Below, one piece after another: positions 39,550 through 49,665 of a stretch of DNA of 64,000 nt. The position numbers and the translations under genes are program-made. How positions within the stretch are numbered: position 1 is the first letter of the stretch; each line of letters begins with the position of its first letter. Below the pieces are notes generated by a model. That model was not told the origin of the DNA and searched no databases. It saw nothing but the letters and a program-made list of their open reading frames with translations. Source of the DNA: an uncultured bacterium (GTDB lineage Bacteria > Zixibacteria > MSB-5A5 > GN15 > FEB-12); assembly GCA_965603125.1 (NCBI GenBank), contig CBFDBU010000001.1, positions 39,861-103,860 on the forward strand. The letters are read 5' to 3'.

Positions 39550-40953
39550 CTAATTGCCGGGATTCCTGACGGATATATCCTTGTGACCACCGGCGTACAG
39601 GCCATGCAATTCAATTGGTGCGCCCTGATCATCGGTGACCACTTTGAGCCGGAAGTAATCGAGATCCTCGAACCAGAACAGGTCTTCGGCCATGGGAATC
39701 ATCCGGTACTTGGGGCGATCCTCCCGTTGATAGAACAGTTCTCCTTGTTCATACGTAATGGTTCGCGGCCCGTAGACGCCCGCGTAGCTCCGGAGAACGG
39801 TCGGATCGACCTCTACCGGATGCAGTTTCGCATTCAACCCGGCCATGGCCCAGTTCAGAGGTTCTCTGTCTTCTTCTGTCGCGTCCTCGGCGAGTTTCTT
39901 GAGAGCTTCTAGGTGCGCTACGGTTAGAGCCTCCTCCTGCGGTACGTCGATGTGCGGCGTGACACCGGTGCCCTCCCAGTTTGTGCCGGTAATGGGGTTG
40001 ATGGCTCGCCCGAAGGGCACCCGGGCGACGATATTGAGGTTGGGGAAGATATGCTGATCGACCGGGTGGGCTCCGCCACCGGTGGTTTCGCCGATTATCG
40101 TAGCCCGCTCGAGGTTCTTCATGTTGTAAGTGAATTCTTCGGCTCCCGAGAACGTGTACCTACTGGTCAGCACGTACAGATCGACGTCGGTCATGCGTTT
40201 TCCCTGGACGTGAGCGCTCGTCCAGAACTGTTTGATGGAGTCCTCTTTGCGAATATAGAAGCTGTTGAGGTGGACCGGCTCGTCAAAGAAATAGCTCGAA
40301 ATGAGTTGGATCATGCTTGGTGAACCGCCGCCGTTGTTACGCAGATCGATTATCAGGGCGTCACAGTGGGCAAACCAGTTCATGGCCGCAACCGCCGTTT
40401 CACCGGCCCAGGCAGCTTCGTTGAAACCGCGCAGGTCTAAGTAGCCGACATTTCCTTCCAGCCACTCCAACTTCCTGAAATCGAAGTTCCGACGGCGCAT
40501 CCCGGCCAGTTGTCGTTCCGGTATCTCATCATTGGCAGTGTCAGCAACCAGTAGCGCCATCTGCTCAGGTGGCACCCATCCTACGCCAAGGTGCCTATCG
40601 TGACATATTTCCCGGAGATCCCCGTTCAGGACCTCGGCAAACTCCGCGGCGTCGGTAATCTCCTTGTACTCTTTGTCTTTGAACCGGCGGTGAACATATT
40701 TTCCCATTTCCTCGGCAACCTCCGGGAAGACATAGTACTCATTGAGCTTCTGCGTGAGGCTGTCGATGATTTCCAGTTGACGGTCGGCGTTAATTATCTC
40801 CCTCTTAGGCGGCTCTGCCACGGTTTGACCATTTGCGACCACTCCTACCCACAAGACGGATAACAGCAGCACGATTGCCGGCCAGCCGCGCCCGTTACCC
40901 GGTCTGAAAATTCGCCCTGAGTTACCGATTACAGGATCTTCTGCAACTCTCAT
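39550..40953 (-). CDS. Secreted S41-family peptidase (IRBP-like)
   Basis: NVGYL, IIDLRNNGGG, TFSGAE (catalytic Ser), GETTGG and WEGTGV.P. Confidence 0.93.
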   Translation of the reverse strand: MRVAEDPVIGNSGRIFRPGNGRGWPAIVLLLSVLWVGVVANGQTVAEPPKREIINADRQLEIIDSLTQKLNEYYVFPEVAEEMGKYVHRRFKDKEYKEITDAAEFAEVLNGDLREICHDRHLGVGWVPPEQMALLVADTANDEIPERQLAGMRRRNFDFRKLEWLEGNVGYLDLRGFNEAAWAGETAVAAMNWFAHCDALIIDLRNNGGGSPSMIQLISSYFFDEPVHLNSFYIRKEDSIKQFWTSAHVQGKRMTDVDLYVLTSRYTFSGAEEFTYNMKNLERATIIGETTGGGAHPVDQHIFPNLNIVARVPFGRAINPITGTNWEGTGVTPHIDVPQEEALTVAHLEALKKLAEDATEEDREPLNWAMAGLNAKLHPVEVDPTVLRSYAGVYGPRTITYEQGELFYQREDRPKYRMIPMAEDLFWFEDLDYFRLKVVTDDQGAPIELHGLYAGGHKDISVRNPGN

Positions 40954-41218
40954 GTTCCACTCCTTCTCGCTTTGCGATCAACCAACCAAGCCGCATCAGT
41001 TTAGGTACCCTCTCGAGAACCCGCCGGGATTCGCGTGCACTGCAAACGTAGACTGCCGCCCTCAAGAGAGCTGGCCATTTAATCTGTATTACGTGTGCGG
41101 CAGCTCTTGTGTTTCGAAAGATTGGTGATACCGCCGGACTGCCGATGGTGCACTCCCGAGGAAACCGGCCACTGTTCGTGGTGGCCGTGGCGCTGTTGAT
41201 TGGTATGCAGGTTTGGGA

Positions 41219-44200
41219 CTACAGGCCGCAGGTTGGAGCGGGGCCCTGGTTGAACATGAAATCCACTAAGTATACCAGGTCGGAGATGATTGGAATGTCG
41301 CCGTCTTCGCCGTCCAGGTTGGCTGCCACTATCACCGGTGGCGGCGGACCCTGGTTGAACATGTAGTCAACCAGGTAGACCATGTCCGCGATGTCAATCA
41401 ACGGATCGCCGCTGCTGTCGATGTCGCCACAGATCCAGTTTGGAGAGTCCCCGAGTTGGATCTCAATATCCAACGAAGTCATGTAACCACCGGACGCGCT
41501 GACTGAAAGCTCCACCGAAGCGACATGATTCAGGGGACAAGCGGCGTCCGCAGCCAACTCAAAAACATCAACCGCGTTGTCAGCCACACCTCCCGATGAG
41601 CCTATCTCTCCGAAAGAGCCACTGCCGTCGACCACACTGACATACGCATCAGTCCCCAGGAGAGACCCCACAACCGAATATGCCGTACCGCTGCCTGTGT
41701 TGGCAAGCGTCACCACCAACTCCCCCGACTCCCCGGGGTCAAGAATACCATCCTCATTTCCAAAGAAATCGTCCATCTGAAAAGATACAAACTCCAGACA
41801 CGGGGCGTGAACCACGATATCTATACTGCCATACCACGTCTCACGGCCGACGCCCGTTATTTCAAGATCAAACGTCACTACATGACCGTCAGGAGCATCT
41901 CCGGATACATCAAAGGAAAAAGCCGAGGATGAATAACCAGTACCTTCTCCGCCCGATATGGTACCGTAGCTCTCCATACCGTCGGTGATCGTCACGTAAC
42001 TATCCAGTGTCGATAAATTCGCGGCAACGTCATTGGCGTCGCCCAGTCCTACGTTCACCAGGGCAACCCCTAAGATAATGCTCTCGCCGTTCTCCACCAG
42101 ACCATTGCCGTTGCCTGCAGCGTCATCGATGTCGCTGTGGTCATACATGACATACGGGCCGGACGGATTGATGATTTCGATGGTTGAAATGTAGGGCCGG
42201 CGATTCTGACCGGTTATGACAATATCAGCGGAACATAGAGATGTGAAGCCGACGAGGTCAATCGTGACCGTTCCGGAAGTACCCACGTACCCTGCACCCT
42301 GTAGTTCACCATCGACACTGATGCCGACATAGGAACCGGGGGCCGCCTCGACAGTGGTGGAAGTTGCTGTCATAGGCAACATGGTATCATGGCTGACGCT
42401 GTTTACCGCGGGGATACCCATGTAGGTTGTCACCGACGGATCTCCCATGAGGTGGTAGATTTCCCAGTAGTAGGTCTGAAGGTAGCTGCCCGCCTCGGTT
42501 ACGGCCATGTTGCCGGCGAATATGATGGCCGAGTTGACGATGTAGTGCCGACTGATCGGTTCGCCGTGATCGTGAAAGACGCCGTCGTAGGCACCCTGGC
42601 CCGTCTGCTCGTAAGTTGGTCCACCGCCGATAATCGGTCCGCTGCCGACGCCCCACCAGTAGTCCTCATCCCAGTACGTAGAGTTGGTGCCGCCAATATA
42701 GCCGATTCCACCCTTGTCTGCCACCTGGAGAAAGGCCTCTCCGAAACAGGGCGTGGAGTAATCGGTGCCAAACGTGTTGGGTGCACAGCAGTTCCCGATA
42801 CCCAACAGGTACTGGTGGTAATTGGTCAGATTGGGAATGTCGATGGTAGTGAACGACGGGTTAGCGTGTCCGGCGTGGTTGCAGTGAGCAGTGTAGTTAT
42901 AGAGGCCTACTCCGTTGTCGATTGTCTGGATGATGGCATCCGCAGCCCCCGATGCATCCGAGGCCGGGTAAAGCCAGACATGCGGTGTTATGCCGTGAGC
43001 GGCATTGAAGTAATAGCTGGTCCCGTAGTTGATCTGGCCGTTACCGTAAGTTGACGCATTGTTATGGTCAACACCGGATACGAGAGTTACCTCGGCCAGG
43101 TAAGTGGGGTCCGGCATAAGGTACTGCTCGTACTCCAGGGTCTTGTCGATCTGAGGCTGCAGTTCCGCGGTATTCTGGGCCGAGAAGCGACCATAGTAGA
43201 TCTCCGGGAAATCATCGGGCGGGCTGCTGAATTCGCAGAAGCGGAGGTCAGTGATATGCGATTCGGTGCTCCCGGAAAACGGAGGGATCTGCTGGGCGTC
43301 ACCCACCAGTAGAACAAACGACGGGGCCGGGTTCTCCGGCGTTCCGGCATCGTATAAGCCCTCGATGTAACTCTTTATCGCGGAGTTACTGCTTCCAATC
43401 ACGTTGGTGTAGGCCGTTATTACCGCGAATCCCTTCCGGGTCTTCCACTCGATAAAGGGCTCAAGCTGATCACTGAACATGGGATCAGAGATTATGAGGT
43501 ACTTGACAGGATGAGTAACAAGGTCGTCGCGCGCAGCGGAGATCTGACCCCCGTAGTTTATCAGCCCGGCGTAGAGCGGCTCAAAAAACGGAGAGTAATA
43601 CTTCTTCCGCTGTTCGTTGGTCAAGGCCCAGTCAGCACCGTCGAAACTGATCCTCACCGTCAGCGATGTATAAACGCGTAGCTTGCCCTCAACCGGATCG
43701 TATTGGACGGGTGCCACCGAAACCATTCCTAAACGCACACCGCGCATCGTCCCCGCAATCCTGACTTCAACCTGGGGCAGGGCGTAGTATCCGCGTTGCT
43801 CGTAGACAGCCCGCTTGAACTCAAAGGGGACCGACATCGGGTCATCGGATTTGCTGAGCGACGGTTGAACCGGGATTATAAGGTTTGTCAGCCCAAGAGA
43901 GGCGAGGGATAGTTCCTGTACCTCGCTATCGATCACTGTCGCGCTCGGTTGGCAGCCGTAAGGAATCGATATAAGCTCGCCGGCAACCGGCAGATTCGGC
44001 TCGCCGATCCGTTGCGAACGGGCAAACGGGCTGACCGTAATCATGTTGAAGGGACCTTCCCTCGTTATGACGTCGGCAAAGACGATCGCACCGACGGCAA
44101 CGTTCAGGGTCAGGCCGTTGTCGCTCTGGTCTAAGAGCGTCACTCCATTGGGAGAATCGCCGACCTGGACGGTCTGGCCGCCAAAGGCCGGACCGCTCAG

Positions 44201-44251
44201 GGCGATAGTCAGCGCGAGAGCGATGCAGCTACTGAAAGAGTTCTTACTCAA
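41219..44251 (-). CDS. Gingipain K-like C25 cysteine protease with propeptide, Ig-like domains and a C-terminal dockerin-like module
   Basis: Signal peptide. NYTAH, GNCC, CFGE, STYWDEDYWW and YHLMGDPS. Duplicated DI.D.VYLVD.MFNQGP.P. Confidence 0.9.
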   Translation of the reverse strand: MSKNSFSSCIALALTIALSGPAFGGQTVQVGDSPNGVTLLDQSDNGLTLNVAVGAIVFADVITREGPFNMITVSPFARSQRIGEPNLPVAGELISIPYGCQPSATVIDSEVQELSLASLGLTNLIIPVQPSLSKSDDPMSVPFEFKRAVYEQRGYYALPQVEVRIAGTMRGVRLGMVSVAPVQYDPVEGKLRVYTSLTVRISFDGADWALTNEQRKKYYSPFFEPLYAGLINYGGQISAARDDLVTHPVKYLIISDPMFSDQLEPFIEWKTRKGFAVITAYTNVIGSSNSAIKSYIEGLYDAGTPENPAPSFVLLVGDAQQIPPFSGSTESHITDLRFCEFSSPPDDFPEIYYGRFSAQNTAELQPQIDKTLEYEQYLMPDPTYLAEVTLVSGVDHNNASTYGNGQINYGTSYYFNAAHGITPHVWLYPASDASGAADAIIQTIDNGVGLYNYTAHCNHAGHANPSFTTIDIPNLTNYHQYLLGIGNCCAPNTFGTDYSTPCFGEAFLQVADKGGIGYIGGTNSTYWDEDYWWGVGSGPIIGGGPTYEQTGQGAYDGVFHDHGEPISRHYIVNSAIIFAGNMAVTEAGSYLQTYYWEIYHLMGDPSVTTYMGIPAVNSVSHDTMLPMTATSTTVEAAPGSYVGISVDGELQGAGYVGTSGTVTIDLVGFTSLCSADIVITGQNRRPYISTIEIINPSGPYVMYDHSDIDDAAGNGNGLVENGESIILGVALVNVGLGDANDVAANLSTLDSYVTITDGMESYGTISGGEGTGYSSSAFSFDVSGDAPDGHVVTFDLEITGVGRETWYGSIDIVVHAPCLEFVSFQMDDFFGNEDGILDPGESGELVVTLANTGSGTAYSVVGSLLGTDAYVSVVDGSGSFGEIGSSGGVADNAVDVFELAADAACPLNHVASVELSVSASGGYMTSLDIEIQLGDSPNWICGDIDSSGDPLIDIADMVYLVDYMFNQGPPPPVIVAANLDGEDGDIPIISDLVYLVDFMFNQGPAPTCGL

Positions 44252-44409
44252 AACAACCTCAGTATCGGTTTTTCGATTTCAGTCTCACTTATCTTAGTCA
44301 ACCACATCCCGGGATCAGCTGTTTCCTTTGTGTTTACCATTCAGACTCCTCGGAGTAGTGTCAACGTAAACAGCAATTGGCTTCTGCATCCATATCATGC
44401 AGTTAGGGT

Positions 44410-46959
44410 TCACGGGTCGCAAACAGGGGCGGGCCCCTGGTGGAACATGTGATTCACCAGGTATATCAGGTCGGAAATGTCGAGCAAACCGCCGCCTCTG
44501 CCGTCCAGGTTGGCCGCTGCCATCACCGGCGGCGGTGGACCCTCGTTGAACATGTAGTCGACCAGGTAAACCAGATCCGAGATATCGATCAGCGCCTCGC
44601 CATCGCCGTCAATGTCGCCGCAGATTCCCAACGGAGAGGCTCCGACAGGTATCTCAAAATGCAGTGACGTTGTGTACCCACCCAATGCGACAATTGAAAG
44701 GTCCATTGAGGCTACATGACCATCAGGAGTATCTCCCGATACATCAAAGGAAAAGGCCGAGGACGAATAACCGGTGCCACCCCCGCCCGATATCGTACCG
44801 TAACTCTCGACACCATCGGTGATCGTTATATGACCATCGGATGTCGATATGCTCGCCGCAACGTCGTCGGCGTCGTCCTGCCCCACGTTCACCAGGCCAA
44901 CCCCTAAGACAATGCTCTCGCCGTTCTCCACCAGACCATTGCCGTTGCCGCCGCCGTCATCGACGTGACTGTAATCATACATCACATACGGACCCGACGC
45001 CGCTATTACCTGGATCGTGGACACGTGTGGCAGGGCGTTGAAAGCGGTCACGGTCAGTTTGACGGTCTCGCCCACGGGAAGGTGTTCGCTGAGCGATATG
45101 CTCGCCTTGCAGTTCAGGTCGGTGTAGGCGGAACCATACAGAGTGCCTTCGTGATAGATGGCGCAGAGGGCGCCACGCCGCCCATAGACGTCAACGTCGA
45201 AAGTGCTTGTCGCAGCAGTCACCAGAGCTTCGTGACCTACTGCCAGGGTCGCGGGATCATTGGTGCGGACCTGCAGAGAGGGATCACCAAAGATATGCCA
45301 GGCATTGAACATCTCCTCTCCGGCGGTGCCGTTGATTTCAATCATCCTGCAGGCACCGTTGTAACACAGCCCGCCGAAGGTCGTCTTCTTCTCGGCAACG
45401 AGCAGGTCAATCACCTCGTCCTGGGCGTCCATAGGCGGGTTCCAGGACTGATCAGTGGAGGACATATAAGCCGCCACAGCGCCGGAGGGTTCGCCTCCAC
45501 TGGTGGCTCGCAGCCAGGCCTCGGCAAAACAGGTATAGCCGGCGAACTTGCCGTTGACGCAAGCCACACTGATAATGAACGGTAGCATATTGCCGTTCGT
45601 GAGGGCGTTTACATTACTGTTGCTGAAGCCGGTGGTGGTCCATCTGTTCACGCTGCCGTGCCCGCAGTAGTTGATAATGCCGCGTCCATTGTTCAGGGCC
45701 GCCGCGACCTGAGAGGCGGAGACAGAGCCGTAAAGCCGGTCGACTTCGGTATACCCATAGGCCAACAGGTCGCTGCGGATATTCCCGATGTGCTGATAGT
45801 CGTACTCGCCATGATGTCCGGGCCCGCCAAGCGAGGCGATACCCATCCCCTTGTGAAACCAGTCTGCTCCCGTGGGTTGTTTGTCGTAGTCCAGAGTACG
45901 TCTCACCTGCGTTTCAACCTGGCTAACGATCTCAGCCGAGAAGCGACCAACGAAGATATCCGGATAGCCGTCGTCGCCGTCTACGAGAGCGTAGGTGGGG
46001 TCAGCCGCTCCCCCGGAGACGATGGGGGTTGCCACCTGTGCGGCATCGCCGACCAGCAGCACAAAGACAAGGTTGGTGCTGTCATAGAAATCCCGGATGA
46101 AGGTCTTGATGGCGGTGCTGCTGTTGCCGATCGACGAGATGTCCACGATTGTCGTCGGGATGCCCTTCTGCCGTTTCCAGTCCACTAACGGCAGCATGGT
46201 GTCATGGAAGGCGTCATGAGTAATGATCAGAATGTCACCGTGTTCCGAGACCGGCACGAGACGTTCCACCCCCCATTCGCCGTAGTTGATGAGGCCGTCT
46301 CTGTACATGCCATCGAAATCCGGAACCCCGACACGAGTATGCCTGCTGCGTTCTATCACGTTGACGTTACCCGGGCCGTCACTGACGACCTCAACGGTTA
46401 TGGAAGTGTACACGCGTAGAGTCTGATGCGCCGGGTGATACCGGAAGGCGTTGAGTTCAACCACCGTACCCCGGATGTCTCGCATAATGAACGGCTCCCT
46501 GATCCGGGCCAGTTCTCCGGGGTACCACTCCCCCGTGGCGTAGACCTCTCCAAATTCATAGGGGACGTCCTCCGGATTAGTTGAACGCATCAGGTTGCCT
46601 TTGGACGGCACTACCCGTGTGCCAGGGTAATCGACATATTCCGCGTCCAGCACGTTAAGGCGGAGACCGACATCGTCGGGAACAATAATACGGCGACAGA
46701 TGCGCGGGAGAGCCGGTTCTTTCTCGTTGAGCAGCACGGCTTCCCGGCCGCAACGAAGCGTATAATAGATTTCGCCGCCCAGGTCCACCGCCTCCCGACT
46801 GAAAGCGCCGATTTCAAAGCGGATCACCGTTCTCACGTTGTTGGATTCCTCGACGATCACAACGACATCGTCGACGTTCTCGGTCAATTCAATCCTCTCT
46901 GCCGAGAACGCGGCGCAAGCAACAATCAGGGAAGCAATCGTCAGCAGAACATAGCGCAT
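44410..46959 (-). CDS. Gingipain R-like C25 cysteine protease with propeptide and a C-terminal dockerin-like module
   Basis: Signal peptide. NYCGHGS, VACVNG, CFAEAW, QSW.PPM.AQDE and IFGDPSL. Duplicated DISDL.YLV..MF..GP.P. Confidence 0.92.
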   Translation of the reverse strand: MRYVLLTIASLIVACAAFSAERIELTENVDDVVVIVEESNNVRTVIRFEIGAFSREAVDLGGEIYYTLRCGREAVLLNEKEPALPRICRRIIVPDDVGLRLNVLDAEYVDYPGTRVVPSKGNLMRSTNPEDVPYEFGEVYATGEWYPGELARIREPFIMRDIRGTVVELNAFRYHPAHQTLRVYTSITVEVVSDGPGNVNVIERSRHTRVGVPDFDGMYRDGLINYGEWGVERLVPVSEHGDILIITHDAFHDTMLPLVDWKRQKGIPTTIVDISSIGNSSTAIKTFIRDFYDSTNLVFVLLVGDAAQVATPIVSGGAADPTYALVDGDDGYPDIFVGRFSAEIVSQVETQVRRTLDYDKQPTGADWFHKGMGIASLGGPGHHGEYDYQHIGNIRSDLLAYGYTEVDRLYGSVSASQVAAALNNGRGIINYCGHGSVNRWTTTGFSNSNVNALTNGNMLPFIISVACVNGKFAGYTCFAEAWLRATSGGEPSGAVAAYMSSTDQSWNPPMDAQDEVIDLLVAEKKTTFGGLCYNGACRMIEINGTAGEEMFNAWHIFGDPSLQVRTNDPATLAVGHEALVTAATSTFDVDVYGRRGALCAIYHEGTLYGSAYTDLNCKASISLSEHLPVGETVKLTVTAFNALPHVSTIQVIAASGPYVMYDYSHVDDGGGNGNGLVENGESIVLGVGLVNVGQDDADDVAASISTSDGHITITDGVESYGTISGGGGTGYSSSAFSFDVSGDTPDGHVASMDLSIVALGGYTTSLHFEIPVGASPLGICGDIDGDGEALIDISDLVYLVDYMFNEGPPPPVMAAANLDGRGGGLLDISDLIYLVNHMFHQGPAPVCDP

Positions 46960-47168
46960 CGCGGTTTCCTTCGTAGTATCTTATCGCAGTATCTTGCAAG
47001 CGTAGTATATTCACTCAGGCAAGCGTAACGCAGGAACAGACCTGGCCGTGCGCACCTATACATCACTTTAATATAACACTTATGTCGGCTGTTCAAAGAA
47101 GAAAACGAACCGGATATAGCCGCCGCTTGACAACAAGCCCCTGGTCGCCTTCCTCCCACCCAGCACCA

Positions 47169-47588
47169 CTATGGGTACACTAACTGCCAGCCGAGGCTGT
47201 CAAGCTCCTTTCTCGAATGAACAAAACGCTTCAATATGCTATCTTCATCCAGGTACTTGTCAGGCGTGCCGGGGTGTTCATGCCATTTACGGTCGAAGTA
47301 TCCATAATCGAAGACAAATAAGGTCAAGCCGCTGGCGCCCTCCAAGCCAGAAGTGGTTCCCACGTATTCTGTGCTCTTGGGTTCCACGTATCCTATCGGA
47401 CAGGAGCTTTGCAAGGAACTGTCGGGATACGACCGATTCAAGAGAAGCATTAGCTTCTGGCTGCTTTTGTTTTGAAAAAGGAGCTTCTTGGTGGTTGGCT
47501 CCATCGAAAAAGGACAGCCGTTACAGGACATACTGACTACACCGAGGAGAGCTATTCTCATGATTAAATGTCGCACTTGATTCCTCAT
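47169..47588 (-). CDS. Hypothetical lipoprotein
   Basis: Hydrophobic signal ending SMSC or NGC. Lower GC than flanks. Start may be the second Met. Confidence 0.65.
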   Translation of the reverse strand: MRNQVRHLIMRIALLGVVSMSCNGCPFSMEPTTKKLLFQNKSSQKLMLLLNRSYPDSSLQSSCPIGYVEPKSTEYVGTTSGLEGASGLTLFVFDYGYFDRKWHEHPGTPDKYLDEDSILKRFVHSRKELDSLGWQLVYP

Positions 47589-47700
47589 GGGTTCTGAGTT
47601 TCTACCAAAACAGCATCCTATTCTTCGAGCAATGCTTCCGTGAGCGCCAATCTACAGCTTTCTTGTCTCCTTGTACAGAATATAGCCCATATTGTTATCT

Positions 47701-48058
47701 GTAGGGATAGCACACGTAGGTCAGGCCCCCTGTGGGCCTGACACCAGTTGTCGGAACCGCAGCAGGCAAGTCTGTCTTTTGCGCTCCGCGCGTCTCGTTG
47801 CCGGCATAGCCAACAATGGCGGGTCCGAAGACGGACCCACCCTTGATTCCCACCATGAATGGTGGGCCACCCGACCATGAATGGTGGGCCACCTGAGTAT
47901 ACTGTGTCGCAACCTTCGTTCAGAGCAGTAGTAGGTCAGGCCCCCTGTGGGCCTGACATCGACGGGTGGCCCATCCGCTTGCGGCTATGGGTGGCAGGTT
48001 CAAACTCGTTTGGACCTGGCCGAAGAATCACCCCCAAACAAGTTTGAGGGTGCCACCC
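47701..48058. repeat. Dense cluster of REP-like palindromes (GTAG and GGGTGG families)
   Basis: Identical 27-mer GTAGGTCAGGCCCCCTGTGGGCCTGAC at 47716 and 47931. Tandem ACCATGAATGGTGGGCCACC at 47852 and 47874. Further GGGTGG/CCACCC-bounded hairpins. Confidence 0.82.
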
Positions 48059-48105
48059 AGTCGTATTGAAACAGTCTTACCCTGTGGAGAGACTATGAGG
48101 TGCCC

Positions 48106-49650
48106 TTAGCAGCCTAACAGTTCAAACGCCTGGGGGAGAAAGTCGATCAGGTCGCCGGCCATCACGGCGCGCTCGGTGAGTTCCTCGGCGGCGAGATCAC
48201 CCGCCAGGCCGTGGATGTAAACCCCCGCCACCGCCGCGTCAAGACACGACAATCCCTGCGCCAGAAGCGAGCCGATGGCTCCAGTTAGAATGTCGCCCGA
48301 ACCGCCGGTAGCCATCCCGGAGTTGCCGGTCGGATTGAGATAGCAATGGCCGTCGGTGTCCGCCACGAGGGTGGGGCTGCCCTTGAGCACCAGCACCACA
48401 CCATAGGTCATGGCGAACTCCCGGGTGACCCGGATACGCTCGTGGATATCATCCGGTACGGTCTCGCCACTGAGGCGGCGGAACTCCCCCGGATGCGGCG
48501 TGAGTACGAGCGGCGTCTTCACGCTCTTCAGGATATCAGTATGACCCACCAGGGCGTTGAGTCCGTCGGCGTCAATGACCGCCGGTTTGTCGAGTTTTGC
48601 AACGAATCTCCGCACCAGTTCGCCCGTCTCATGATGCTGTCCGATACCCGGGCCGATCGCCACGGCGTCATGCTCGGCGGTCAGTTTGCGCACTTCGCCC
48701 AGTCCGCGCAGAGCCAACGCGCCTTTTTTGGCAACGTCCGGAAGCGGGTGACTCGTGGCTTCCATACACAGGCCTGCTATAACCGGCAGAACCGTGCGGG
48801 GGCAGCCCACTTTGGTCAGCCCGCACCCGCATCGAAGAGCGCTCTTGGCCGCCATTGCCGCCGCCCCGGTCAGACCGGTAGAGCCTGCCAATGTGAACAG
48901 TTTCCCAAAGTCGCCCTTGTGGCCGTCCGGTTTGCGAATGGGAATCAGACTGGCGACAGTCGCGGACGTAATCAATTCGACCTGCAGATCAAACCGGTGA
49001 ATCACGTCTTCCGGAACGCCGATGGGTACCGTCTCCACGCGCCCCGCCAGTTCCCTTCCCGGAGAAACATACAGGCCGTACTTCGGCAGGGCGAGAGTGA
49101 AAGTATAGTCGGCCTCAACCACCGCGCCTTCATGTCGGCCGTGGTCGGCGTCAAGGCCGGACGGTAAATCGACAGCAATCACACTCTGGGATTGTCGGTT
49201 GATGTACTCGATAACCTGGGCTGCCAACCCCCGCGGCGATCCGGAGAAGCCGGTACCGAAAACAGCGTCGATAATCCAGTCAGTTTCAAGCCTATCGGGT
49301 AGATGGTCGATGTCAGCGATCTCGCTTAGTTCGATCCCCGTGCCCGCGGCGCGGTCGAAATTGAGCCTGGCGTCAAGCGAGAGATTGTCAATAGGACCGA
49401 TGAAGTAAATCGTGACCCTGGCCCCAGCGCGGTCGAGGTAGCGCCCGACTACAAACCCATCGCCGCCGTTGTTCCCCTTGCCACAGAAGATGGAGACTTT
49501 CTCAGAAGCCTCGGTGTCGATGATAAAGCCTGCCAGCCGCTCGGCGATTCCCCGCCCGGCGTTTTCCATCAGCTCCGGACCGGGGATACCGACATTGTCT
49601 ATCGTTTCCCGGTCGATCCGGCGCATCTGCTCTGAGGTAACGATTTGCAT
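48106..49650 (-). CDS. nnr: Bifunctional NAD(P)HX epimerase/dehydratase (NnrE-NnrD)
   Basis: LMENAG, GKGNNGGDG, DLPSG, HKGDFG, DADGLN, LTPHPGE and GGSGDIL.G. Confidence 0.96.
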   Translation of the reverse strand: MQIVTSEQMRRIDRETIDNVGIPGPELMENAGRGIAERLAGFIIDTEASEKVSIFCGKGNNGGDGFVVGRYLDRAGARVTIYFIGPIDNLSLDARLNFDRAAGTGIELSEIADIDHLPDRLETDWIIDAVFGTGFSGSPRGLAAQVIEYINRQSQSVIAVDLPSGLDADHGRHEGAVVEADYTFTLALPKYGLYVSPGRELAGRVETVPIGVPEDVIHRFDLQVELITSATVASLIPIRKPDGHKGDFGKLFTLAGSTGLTGAAAMAAKSALRCGCGLTKVGCPRTVLPVIAGLCMEATSHPLPDVAKKGALALRGLGEVRKLTAEHDAVAIGPGIGQHHETGELVRRFVAKLDKPAVIDADGLNALVGHTDILKSVKTPLVLTPHPGEFRRLSGETVPDDIHERIRVTREFAMTYGVVLVLKGSPTLVADTDGHCYLNPTGNSGMATGGSGDILTGAIGSLLAQGLSCLDAAVAGVYIHGLAGDLAAEELTERAVMAGDLIDFLPQAFELLGC

Positions 49651-49665
49651 CGGCGGTTCCAGTCG

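Noticed and set aside
41881-44996. Diversity-generating retroelement template/variable repeat pair
   Set aside because: Both copies are in-frame coding, differences are not adenine-specific, and no reverse transcriptase is present.
47701-48058. CRISPR array
   Set aside because: Repeats are heterogeneous palindromes with irregular spacing, at most two exact copies each, and there are no cas genes.
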